From positions 1,056,001 through 1,120,000 of the forward strand of contig CAWCKJ010000004.1 of NCBI GenBank assembly GCA_963796105.1: 64,000 bases of DNA, given 5' to 3'. This document shows, piece by piece, positions 50,120 through 59,178 of this stretch (positions are counted from its first letter, which is position 1; each line of letters starts with the position of its first letter). A program made the position numbers and the translations under genes. A model generated the notes under the pieces. That model was not told where the DNA came from, did not search any database, and saw only the letters and a program-made list of their open reading frames with translations. This DNA comes from a candidate division FCPU426 bacterium. GTDB lineage: Bacteria > Oederibacteriota > Muellerivitia > Muellerivitales > Muellerivitaceae.

Positions 50120-51466
50120 TTAATACAAGCTCCCGGGACGGCGTTCCCCCAGCAAGTGGTAATTCTTATCCTGAATGGCCCTCACCGCGGTACCCCGGTT
50201 CAAGTAAAGGGACTGCCTGGGGAGGCGGTAAACGATCAATCCCAATTGGAAAAAAAGGCTGATGACCAGGCAAATCCTGCCGAAATTCCTCCAGGAAGCC
50301 TTTTCCGCCAATCGGTCCCAAACGTAAAAGGAGAAAATGGCCAACAGGGGGAAATAGACGAAATAGATATGGGCAACCGGCTCTTTCTGGGTGAACCAGA
50401 AGCTGACGTAAAGAAGAAGGAAAGCCCCCCAGGTCCAATGATAAACCGCTTGGGCACCCCGGGAAGCGGAAGTTCCCGCCTGTTTTTTAATGGCTCCCAT
50501 CAAGGGTTGAATCCATCCGAGGGCCAGGAGAATCAAGGGCTGGATCCAGCCCACACCAACCAGAAAAAGCCCAAAGGGAAATAACCAGGGAGCCTGATGG
50601 ACCAGAAAATCCCAGCGGTCGTGAAAATGATTCCCGATGAATTGGGGTATCTCGTAGCAGGGCAGGGAGAGATAACGGGCCAGGATCGTCCCGAAGTCGA
50701 GGAAATGGTCTTTATTGAAAAGCATGACGGTGCTTCCGCCCGCGAACACCTGGTTCCATCCATAACTCAATAGGGTGGGCAGGACCAGGGCCGCGGGCGG
50801 GATCGAGCCCAGGATGAAAAATAGAACGGCCCTGAAAGTCCCGCCCCATCCCGCCTTTCGGCCGTAGAAAAAAAACGCGGCAGGGACAAGGGGGGGAAGC
50901 AGGATCCAGGAAAAATGAAATTGCATGTCCCAAAAGAGCCCGAAACCAATCAAGGCGAAAGCCCAGGCGGGGTCCAGAAACCCGCCGGAAAGGGCCGGGA
51001 CGGTTTCCATCAGCCCGATGAAAAAAAGAACGCTTCCCATTAGCAGGTAGCTCGGGTTCAGGACCCAGGTGGATTGGTTCAAGGTCCAGGGGAGAAGGGA
51101 GGTCCAAGCGAAAATGAAAAGGAAGGGAATGTTCTTGAGCCGCCTGGAAAGGAAACAACTCAATAGAGCGATTGAGGAAAGGGAGAGCAGGTTCAAGAGG
51201 AGGAAGGGGGCCTCGGGAATGGCCAAGAGGAAAAAGGGCCCCCCCACCAGGAGAGCCTCCAGGGCCCCGGGAATTTGGGCCCGCACCGAGCCGAAAAAAA
51301 CCAGATCCGGGCCGAAAAAGGGCCAACCCCCGCCGCAGTACCACTTCAAACCGATCAGGAAGGTTTGCAGGTGGTCCTGGTCCATGAAGTCGCCGCTCAA
51401 GCCGAATGCCGAGCGGAAAAGGAACAGGAAGAGGAAAAGAAGGATGAATTTCATTCTAGCGGACAA
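50120..51466 (-). CDS. Multi-TM GT-C-like protein, paralogue 2 of 4
   Basis: DHLQTFLIGLK...WPFFGPDL...QIPGALE...WDMQFHFSW; ends LGERRPGSLY. Confidence 0.75.
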   Translation of the reverse strand: MSARMKFILLFLFLFLFRSAFGLSGDFMDQDHLQTFLIGLKWYCGGGWPFFGPDLVFFGSVRAQIPGALEALLVGGPFFLLAIPEAPFLLLNLLSLSSIALLSCFLSRRLKNIPFLFIFAWTSLLPWTLNQSTWVLNPSYLLMGSVLFFIGLMETVPALSGGFLDPAWAFALIGFGLFWDMQFHFSWILLPPLVPAAFFFYGRKAGWGGTFRAVLFFILGSIPPAALVLPTLLSYGWNQVFAGGSTVMLFNKDHFLDFGTILARYLSLPCYEIPQFIGNHFHDRWDFLVHQAPWLFPFGLFLVGVGWIQPLILLALGWIQPLMGAIKKQAGTSASRGAQAVYHWTWGAFLLLYVSFWFTQKEPVAHIYFVYFPLLAIFSFYVWDRLAEKASWRNFGRICLVISLFFQLGLIVYRLPRQSLYLNRGTAVRAIQDKNYHLLGERRPGSLY

Positions 51467-51511
51467 GGGGTTCCTTCCAAAAACAGGATCAGCGGCGGCC
51501 TCATTCGGCTC

Positions 51512-52819
51512 TCAATATAAGCTTCCGGCACGGCGCTCCCCAAGGGGGCGGTAATCCCTCTCTTGGATGGCCCTGAGGATGGGCGCGCGGGAAGGAAGCC
51601 AACATTGCCTGGGAGCCTCCTCCCAGGCCCAAGCGCCCTGGAAAAAAACCGAGGCGATCAGGACCAGGGCGACGCTGATACCCCAAAACCTCCATTTCCC
51701 AAAGGCGGACCAAACATAACAGGAATAAACCATGACCAAGGGGAAAAAAACAAAATAAATGTGGGTCATGGGCTCCTTGGTGGTGTACCAGAAACTCGCG
51801 TAAACCATCGCGAAAACCCCCAGCAGGAGAAGTTTCAGCTCCCTCCAGCCGGGGTTCACGCTTTTCCTCTTAAACCAGGCGAGGAACAGGATAACGGCCT
51901 GAAGGATGCCCAGCACCCACAAGAAAGCCCCGGGAAGGGCCAGATAGGGATGGCCTGTCAAAAACGAGAGGCGCTCCTGGGTTCCCCCGCCGATCCACCT
52001 GGGTACTTCGAAACAAGGGAGGGAAAGGAAACGCCCCAACAGGATATGCGGCTTCATGAAATTCACCTTGTTGAATGAAATGAGAAACCCGGACACGGTC
52101 CCAGATGATTCGAAACCATATTTCAAAAGGGTGGGAACCATGAATATAAAAGGGGGCAGGCCTCCCAGGATGAAAAAGAGAAGGGGCTTGAGATCCATTT
52201 GTTGTCTTAACTGGATGAGCCAGGAAAAAACCACCAGGGGCGCGAAATAGACCCAGGAAAAATGAAACTGCATGATCCAGAAGACCGCGAAACCCATAAA
52301 AAAGTTGGCCCAGGGTAATGAGACCCGGCCTGTGGAAATTCCAGGCATGGTTTCCAGGAATCCGATCGTGAAAATCACGGACGGAAGAAAAATATAGGAG
52401 GGATTGAGGACGCGGGTGGCTTCCTGGATGGACCAGGGCACCACCGCGATCCAAACGCAAAGCCAGGGGAAGGAGAGGGAAGGGATCCTTTTGCGGATAT
52501 ACCAGGCCAGAAGGAAAACCGCCAGGGTGGACATCAAATTAACGAGGACATAGGGGGACTCGGGAAAGGGGGCCAGCCGAAGAGGCAGGGCGATCAGGAG
52601 TCCTTCCAGGGCGCCGGGAATCTGGCTGTGGAAGCCGGGATTCTCGTTGCCCGCCAGGTCCGGACCGAAATAAGGCCAGGTCCCGGTCGTCAGGCACTTC
52701 AACCCGATCAGGTAGGTTTGGATCTCATCAATGGAGTCCCACCGGGAATTGAGCAGGCCGAACATGAGCCTGAAGAGGAAAATGGCCAAAAAAAGAAATA
52801 GAAGCCCGCGTTTACTCAT
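51512..52819 (-). CDS. Multi-TM GT-C-like protein, paralogue 1 of 4
   Basis: DEIQTYLIGLK...WPYFGPDL...QIPGALEGL...MQFHFSW; ends LGERRAGSLY. Confidence 0.75.
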   Translation of the reverse strand: MSKRGLLFLFLAIFLFRLMFGLLNSRWDSIDEIQTYLIGLKCLTTGTWPYFGPDLAGNENPGFHSQIPGALEGLLIALPLRLAPFPESPYVLVNLMSTLAVFLLAWYIRKRIPSLSFPWLCVWIAVVPWSIQEATRVLNPSYIFLPSVIFTIGFLETMPGISTGRVSLPWANFFMGFAVFWIMQFHFSWVYFAPLVVFSWLIQLRQQMDLKPLLFFILGGLPPFIFMVPTLLKYGFESSGTVSGFLISFNKVNFMKPHILLGRFLSLPCFEVPRWIGGGTQERLSFLTGHPYLALPGAFLWVLGILQAVILFLAWFKRKSVNPGWRELKLLLLGVFAMVYASFWYTTKEPMTHIYFVFFPLVMVYSCYVWSAFGKWRFWGISVALVLIASVFFQGAWAWEEAPRQCWLPSRAPILRAIQERDYRPLGERRAGSLY

Positions 52820-53079
52820 GCAGGGGAAAACCTCCCGTGACTTGATGAACCCAAGCCATTTTATGGCCTTTACCGGTTAAAAACCCCTTTGAATTTTGTT
52901 GTATCGCTGTCCTTCCTGAGGGGCTATTTAATTCCGTTCACCCCGGTTTTCCAGGGTTTTTAAGGGAAACCGCGTACGAACCAGCCGTGTTTTGACCAGC
53001 GAGTAATAATTATGGAAAAAATTCTTTCCAAGAAACTTATTTGCGTAAGATGGACGACCTAGCGATAAAATATAAAAAT

Positions 53080-53331
53080 GTAACCTCTGAAAAAGTCGGC
53101 CATGGCCTCCTTTTTCAGAAAACAAATTATGGAAACCCCCGATTTGACGGCGCTCATAGGGAAAACCCCCTATGTACCCGCAAAACCAAGGCCTGCGGAA
53201 ATCTTTGTCCTCCATCGCGTTTTAACGCGATGGAATTCAGGACTATTCCGATCTCTTTTAGGGATTAATAGAAATTCGGCATGGGGTCGAAACCCCTGTT
53301 GGTCGCTTTTAAATAGTTTTTCAGAGGTTTC
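53080..53331. mobile_element. MITE, long copy (252 bp)
   Basis: Same TIRs as 35063-35192; 5-bp TSD AAAAT (53075-79, 53332-36); extra internal hairpins. Confidence 0.85.
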
Positions 53332-53358
53332 AAAATCAATGCCAAGAGGGGAGTCCCG

Positions 53359-56300
53359 TTGACGCACTTTATCGCGGTGAATATCTTCCTTCCCATTCTT
53401 TTTGACGACGCGGGCAACGAGGACATCGAGCCCATTCTCGCCACCCAGTTTTTCATCATCGAGCAAAAATTCCAGGCCCTTACGGTCATCCACATGAAGC
53501 GCACCCCCAGGGGCCTCCTCGCGGTATTCGAGAACACCGATCCCCTTCCCGGCCTGTTGGAGATGCAATCCGAGTTCTCGAAATACGTGTGGAAAACATA
53601 CGGCAAGGCGACACTTCAACTGGCCGTGCACTCGGAGAAGCCGGGACAATGGTGGGATGATTTCAGGGGCCCCGAGTTCGACCATGTGTCGGCGCTATTG
53701 GCCGCGGCCAGGCTTGGGCAGATCCTCCTCACCGAGCAGGCGGCTTCCCAACTCGCCCCGCCCCCGGGGTATTTGTTCAAGGACCTGGGGGTCCATTCCT
53801 TGAACGACTTGTCGGAGCCGAAAACTCTTTATTCCCTCCGCCCGGCCGGTTCGGCCGTCTCCGAGGACCTGGCACCCCGCTCCCTCAAGTCCTATCCCCA
53901 GAACCTGCCTTCCCAGGCGACCCCCTTCTACGGCAGGGAGGAGGAATTGGCGGAAATCACCTCGTGTCTCCTGAATCCCACGACCCGTCTTTTGACCCTG
54001 GCGGGGCCGGGGGGATTCGGAAAAACCCGGTTGGGTTTGAAAGTGGCCTCCCAACTGGTGACCCATTTCCCGAACGGCGTTTATTTCGTGCCCCTGGCCC
54101 AATTGAGCACGGACAGCCACATGGTGACCAGCCTGGCCCACGCGGTGGGATTCACATTCACGGGCATGGAGGATTCCCAGAGGCAGTTGATCCAATTCCT
54201 CGCCGGCAAAAAAATGCTGATCCTTCTGGATAATTTCGAGCATATCCTGGACGGGGCGGTCTTGGTGGACGCCCTCCTGAAGGGGGCGCCGGGCTTGAAG
54301 GCCCTGGTGACAACCAGGGAAAAGCTCCGGCTGGAGGATGAAATTGTCATCGAGGTGAAGGGACTCTCCTATCCGATGGAGGAGCACGAGGGTGAGGCTG
54401 TCCGTTACAGCGCCGTGAGGCTTTTCCTGAGGAGCGCGAGGGCGGTCGCGGCCCCGGACTTCAACCCCTCCCCTGAGGAATTGGTCCAAGTGGCCAGGAT
54501 CAGCCGTTTCCTGGAGGGAATGCCGCTGGGGATCGAACTGGCCTCGGCCTGGGTCAAGTCCCTCCCGGTTTCCGAGATCGCGGCCAAGATTTCCACCAAC
54601 CGGGATTTCGTGGCGGCGGAAATGCCGTACCTGCCGGCCCGTCACCAGAGCTTGAGGGCGATATTCGAGTATTCCTGGGACCTGCTCTCCGCCGTCCAGA
54701 GAAGGGCCTTGAAAACCGCCTCGGTATTCAAGGGGGGGTTCACCCTGGAGGCGGCCGCCCATGTGGGAGCCGTTCCCCTCTCGGTCTGGCCCCAATTGAC
54801 CGAGAAATACCTCGTCACCGAGAAGTCCAAGGACCATTACGAGCTGCATGACCTGGTGAGGTATTACGCCAAGGAAAAACTTTTCGAGAACCCGGTGGAA
54901 AAGGAACAGGTCCTGGACGCGCATTGCGAATACCTGGCCGTGACGCTCCGCCAGAAGGAAAAGGAACTCCAGGGGCCGAGGCGGGGGAAGGCGATGGAAT
55001 TCCTGCTGTCCCAGATGGGGAACATCCGGGATGGCTGGAGAAGGGCGGTGGAAAAAGGGCAGGAAAACCGGATCGAGGATTACCTGGACTGCCTTTTTGA
55101 TATTTACCAGGATAAGGGATGGTCCCAGGAGGGTTCCGGGGTCTTCGAGGAGGCGGGCAAGCAACTTTTAGAAAAGGCAGGGGGCCGCGCAAATGGAAAA
55201 TCCGCCCTGTTGATAGGAAAGATCTATTCCCGGTGGGCGTCCCTTCTCCAGCAAATGGGAAGAATGAATGAGGCCTTGATGGTTTTCCAGGGAAGCCTCA
55301 AATTCTTGAAGCCGACGAAGAGTTTGAAACAAGTGGCGTTTTGTTATAACGGGTTGGGCGTGACCCTCACCGACCTGGCCCAGGATAAGAAGGCCAGGAA
55401 TTATTTCAACAAGGCCCTGAGGATTTATCAAAAGGCCAAGGATCCTTCCGGGACTGCCAGGTTGTACAACAACCTGGGGCATAACATCATGAGGGCCGGG
55501 AATTTCCGGCAGGCCCGGATCTTGATTCAGAAGGCGCTGACCTATTTCGAGAGTGGCGGCGACCTGAAAGGCACGGCGGACTCCTATATCCTCCTAGGAA
55601 CCATTCAACACGACATGGGGGACAATTCCTCGGCTCGGGCGTTGTTCCAAAAGGCCTTGGGCGCTTACGTGGAATGCGACAACCGGCGGGGCATGGCCTG
55701 GGCCTTTACGAATATGGGGGAAGTGGCGGAGGCCGTGGGGGATTTCAACGGCGCCAAGGAGATGTACCAGGAGGGCCTCGGACTCCATGAGGGTTTGGGG
55801 GACCGGAAGGCCATGGGATGGTCCAAGGGCCTGCTGGCCTGGATCAATTGGGCCATCGGGGATTACGCGAAGGCCAAGCAATACGCCAAGTCGGGGTTTG
55901 AGGACTTCCGGTTCGTGAAAGACGTCAGGGGTGAGGCTTGGGCGCTGGAACTACAGGGAAACCTGGCGGTCAGCGAGGGGGATTTCAAGGGCGCCCGGCA
56001 ATTCTACAACGAGTGCCATGACCTGGTGAAAACCAAGGAAATCCTTTCCATGGGGAAAGCTTGGCACCTGTACCATCTGGGGGATCTTTTGAGCGCCGAG
56101 GGCAAACTTGACGCGGCCTATCCTTATCTCAAGAAATCCCTGGCGATGTTCCAGACCATCGGCGAGAACATCGGGATCATTACCGCCTTGACCCAGTTGG
56201 CGGAGGTGGAGTACGAGAAAGGAATGATGGGGAAAGCCAGGAACCGCCTGGTTAAAACCTTCGAGAAAGCCCTCGCCACCCATTCGCTCCCCCACTTGAC

Positions 56301-56610
56301 GGACGCCATGGTGGTGCTCGCCCAATGGCTGATCGCCCAAAACATCAATTCCAACGCTTTCGCCTACCTGACCCTGGCCGTGAGCCATCCGACCTGCCGG
56401 CGCCAGACGAAGGATCGGGCGGCGAAGTACCTGACCCACCTGCAATACCGCCTGCCCCCAGGGGAGGTGGAGAAAATCTTCAGGTGGTCCAAGACCGTCC
56501 AACTGGAGGAAGTCGCCCAAAACTGGTTGACCGAGCAAGAGAAAAAACCAAAGGGAAAGGGCGTGAAAACCCGCGCGAAGAAAACCCGGAATAAAGCCAA
56601 GAAACGCTGA
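53359..56610 (+). CDS. STAND NTPase (NB-ARC/AfsR-like) with a degenerate cyclase-like N-terminus and a TPR C-terminus
   Basis: NLP...FYGREEE, GPGGFGKTRL, LLDNFEH, TTRE, GMPLGIELA, HDLVR, then many TPRs. Confidence 0.88.
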   Translation: MTHFIAVNIFLPILFDDAGNEDIEPILATQFFIIEQKFQALTVIHMKRTPRGLLAVFENTDPLPGLLEMQSEFSKYVWKTYGKATLQLAVHSEKPGQWWDDFRGPEFDHVSALLAAARLGQILLTEQAASQLAPPPGYLFKDLGVHSLNDLSEPKTLYSLRPAGSAVSEDLAPRSLKSYPQNLPSQATPFYGREEELAEITSCLLNPTTRLLTLAGPGGFGKTRLGLKVASQLVTHFPNGVYFVPLAQLSTDSHMVTSLAHAVGFTFTGMEDSQRQLIQFLAGKKMLILLDNFEHILDGAVLVDALLKGAPGLKALVTTREKLRLEDEIVIEVKGLSYPMEEHEGEAVRYSAVRLFLRSARAVAAPDFNPSPEELVQVARISRFLEGMPLGIELASAWVKSLPVSEIAAKISTNRDFVAAEMPYLPARHQSLRAIFEYSWDLLSAVQRRALKTASVFKGGFTLEAAAHVGAVPLSVWPQLTEKYLVTEKSKDHYELHDLVRYYAKEKLFENPVEKEQVLDAHCEYLAVTLRQKEKELQGPRRGKAMEFLLSQMGNIRDGWRRAVEKGQENRIEDYLDCLFDIYQDKGWSQEGSGVFEEAGKQLLEKAGGRANGKSALLIGKIYSRWASLLQQMGRMNEALMVFQGSLKFLKPTKSLKQVAFCYNGLGVTLTDLAQDKKARNYFNKALRIYQKAKDPSGTARLYNNLGHNIMRAGNFRQARILIQKALTYFESGGDLKGTADSYILLGTIQHDMGDNSSARALFQKALGAYVECDNRRGMAWAFTNMGEVAEAVGDFNGAKEMYQEGLGLHEGLGDRKAMGWSKGLLAWINWAIGDYAKAKQYAKSGFEDFRFVKDVRGEAWALELQGNLAVSEGDFKGARQFYNECHDLVKTKEILSMGKAWHLYHLGDLLSAEGKLDAAYPYLKKSLAMFQTIGENIGIITALTQLAEVEYEKGMMGKARNRLVKTFEKALATHSLPHLTDAMVVLAQWLIAQNINSNAFAYLTLAVSHPTCRRQTKDRAAKYLTHLQYRLPPGEVEKIFRWSKTVQLEEVAQNWLTEQEKKPKGKGVKTRAKKTRNKAKKR

Positions 56611-56749
56611 AATATCGAGGTGTTCAAGGGAGTTAGCGCGGTTATTTCTCCCGTGGGCGGCCTTGGCGGTTGGGGCGTGATTCCAAGCGTTTTTTGCGGC
56701 CCGGGTGATCCGGACCTTGACGGTTGCTTTAATGGCGGTTAAATTAAAA

Positions 56750-56768
56750 GTATGATAAAACGTCATAC
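56750..56768. promoter_or_regulatory. Probable TA autoregulatory operator GTATGA-N7-TCATAC overlapping -10 TATGAT
   Basis: Inverted repeat immediately upstream of the RHH antitoxin RBS. Confidence 0.6.
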
Positions 56769-56779
56769 CGGAGGTTTTT

Positions 56780-57022
56780 ATGGCTGCGGCTAAAATTGCC
56801 ATCACCATCGATCGGGAAATCCTTAAAAACGTGGACCGGTTGGTGGAAAAGAAAATTTACCCCAACCGCAGCCGGGCTATCGGAGACGCGCTTCGGGAAA
56901 AAATCGCGAGGCTGGGCCGGAACCGTCTCGCCAATGAATGCGCTAAATTGGATCGAAAAGCGGAGCAAGCCCTGGCGGATGAGGGCTTATCCAGCGAGTT
57001 GAAAAATTGGCCAAAGTATTAA
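56780..57022 (+). CDS. Ribbon-helix-helix (CopG-type) antitoxin
   Basis: KIAITID...VDRLV...NRSRAI; overlaps the toxin start. Confidence 0.88.
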   Translation: MAAAKIAITIDREILKNVDRLVEKKIYPNRSRAIGDALREKIARLGRNRLANECAKLDRKAEQALADEGLSSELKNWPKY

Positions 57023-57345
57023 GGGGTGATATTCTCTGGGCGGATTTGAATCCCGTCAAAGGCCATGAGCAATCCGGCTTAAGGCCGGTTTTGATATTAA
57101 GCCATGACGTTTTTAACGAGAGATCAGGCACGGTCATCGCCGTAGCCCTCACCAGCCGTGAGCCCAAAGCCGGTTTTCCCCTCACCTTCGGGCTCAACTC
57201 CCGAAAATTACCGAAAAAATCCTGGGTTAAAATCAGCCAAATCAGGACCTTGTCCGTGGAGCGTTTGGGCGTCAAATTAGGCCGGGCGACTCCCGAGGAA
57301 ATATCCCAAATTGTTGAGGGACTGGAAGAAATTATCGGCGATTGA
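57007..57345 (+). CDS. mazF: PemK/MazF family mRNA interferase toxin
   Basis: RGDI.WADLNP..GHEQ.G.RPVLILS...TS...QIRTL. Confidence 0.93.
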   Translation: MAKVLRGDILWADLNPVKGHEQSGLRPVLILSHDVFNERSGTVIAVALTSREPKAGFPLTFGLNSRKLPKKSWVKISQIRTLSVERLGVKLGRATPEEISQIVEGLEEIIGD

Positions 57346-57551
57346 TGGCCTGGTATCCAACCTTTTGAAATCTTCAATAATTCAACATTTAAAATTGATG
57401 ATTTCGGCTGAACATGGTGAAAAGGAAGGCTTCGGGGGTTTTTCAGGGATTCAGGAAGAGGTTTTCTGAATGTAAAATGAAGACATGAACCCGATGTTTG
57501 AGAAAGGGGCCTTCACCGGACGTTTTCCGGGACAGGAATTGAAACGAAGCC

Positions 57552-58391
57552 ATGACAAAAAATTTTCAAGTTAAGAGCATTTTGTGTCTTGCGGGTATTT
57601 TGCTTGCTTGTTGCGGGCTCAGCCATGGTGAGGAGAACCTTTTTACCCCGACTTTAGTTCCTCAGCCCACATCAACCCCTCCAGCGGAAGAATCCATCAC
57701 TTGGACCCCAACCGCGACCCCGACTTTTATTGTAAATGGCTCGTCCAGTTCCCTGGAAACTCCCACTCCCATCAGTTCCAAGCCGGAAATGCTTTGGACC
57801 CTCGGGCCCGCGACCACTCCAGTGTCACCCATCAACCGGGAAAAACCCTCAAAATGGGTGTCGTCAACAGGTTTGGGGATCGGCCTGCCTGGCAGCGGCA
57901 ACATTCAAAAGGCCTATGGCCCGGCTTTCGCGTTTGACCTCGGAAGCGGTTACCTCCTCTCGAACCGGTTGTCCCTTTGGCTGAACGTGGGCTTGGACCA
58001 GTTTAGTTCCAAGAATGATTCCCTGACCAACGGTAATAACTACATGGTCATTGGGGCGGCCTTTCTGATCCGGGCACGGCTGTTGCTTTCGGATTTTAGT
58101 CCTTATTTTTTCTTGGGCCCCGGGCTGGCGTACAACGAGAATCGAAGCGATAACACCATCCAATACGATTCCAACACCGGTTATTCCAATGTCCCGATCA
58201 ATTCCTACGAGTTTGATTTTCTCGCCGAGGGAGGTTTGGGATTTCAATTGAAGGCGGGAGAGGGGATCGACCTTTATCTTGAGGGAAAATTAATATATGA
58301 CTTCGCCAGCTCCCATTTCGCCGGCACCGCCTCAACGGACAGTCCCGATATTTTGATCCCATTGGAAATGGGGGTTATTTTTGGTTATTAA
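57552..58391 (+). CDS. Outer-membrane beta-barrel protein with a Pro/Thr-rich linker
   Basis: Signal peptide, PTSTP/TPTATPT, alternating beta strands (SPYFFLGPGLAY) and terminal GVIFGY. Confidence 0.75.
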   Translation: MTKNFQVKSILCLAGILLACCGLSHGEENLFTPTLVPQPTSTPPAEESITWTPTATPTFIVNGSSSSLETPTPISSKPEMLWTLGPATTPVSPINREKPSKWVSSTGLGIGLPGSGNIQKAYGPAFAFDLGSGYLLSNRLSLWLNVGLDQFSSKNDSLTNGNNYMVIGAAFLIRARLLLSDFSPYFFLGPGLAYNENRSDNTIQYDSNTGYSNVPINSYEFDFLAEGGLGFQLKAGEGIDLYLEGKLIYDFASSHFAGTASTDSPDILIPLEMGVIFGY

Positions 58392-58423
58392 ATGTCTCAA
58401 ACGATGCGGATGATGGATTGGGT

Positions 58424-58758
58424 GAGGTTTTAAAGGGTAGGTAGGGGTTTTCCCCGTGAGCAAACTGGTGGTTGGGACGCGATTCAAACCGCTTTTTGCG
58501 GCCCGGGTTGGTACGGACTCTGACAGTTGTTTAAAGAACCGCTAAATTGAACCGAAAAGCGGGGCAAGTTTTGGTGGATGAGGGCTTTTCCAGCGGTTTG
58601 AAAAATTGGCCAAATTATTAAGAGGTGGTATTCTCTGGGTAGATTTAAATCAACAGGAACTGGATATCGGAACACGGTGAAAAGGAAGGTTTTGGCGGAG
58701 GATCAGGGATTCAGGAAGATGTTTTCCAAATGTAAACTGAAAACGTGACCCCGTTGTT
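58424..58758 (+). pseudogene. Decayed, internally deleted duplicate of the TA locus and its flanks (56617-57499)
   Basis: Three collinear segments match ~56617-56745, ~56941-57052 (antitoxin end/toxin start) and ~57410-57499. Confidence 0.75.
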
Positions 58759-59178
58759 GTTTTTGTCCTACAAATGCAATCAAGAGGATGTTTTTTTAGG
58801 AGTTTATTATGAACGATTTAAAAAATGCATGGGCGGGAAGACTATATGGAACAAATACCGGTAATGTTTTTGTGGAGTATACCCAAACCGAGAACCTTAT
58901 CTCCGGATTAGCACGATTTCATGACGATAGATTTGGAATAACTATTTATGATATTTCCGGTTCAATGATTGAAGGCAAAATGAAAGTCAGGGGAGTTCCC
59001 CAAAAAAATCCTCCAGGAACTGTTGTTGAAGAAGCAACGATTGAAGTCGACTTGAAACAAGACGGCAGTTTAGCTGGTCGTTGGGAAACAACCATTGGGA
59101 GCGCTGGAACGCTGAAACTATATCCTCATAGTTATGAAAACATGGCAAGTAAAAGTAAGGAACCTGAACAAATTTATA

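Noticed and set aside
53695..55164. 489-aa antisense ORF
   Set aside because: Shadow of the STAND gene; no recognisable domain.
56750..56768. Ninth member of the TATGAC-N4-GTCATA regulon
   Set aside because: Half-site spacing is one base longer, and the position fits an antitoxin operator.
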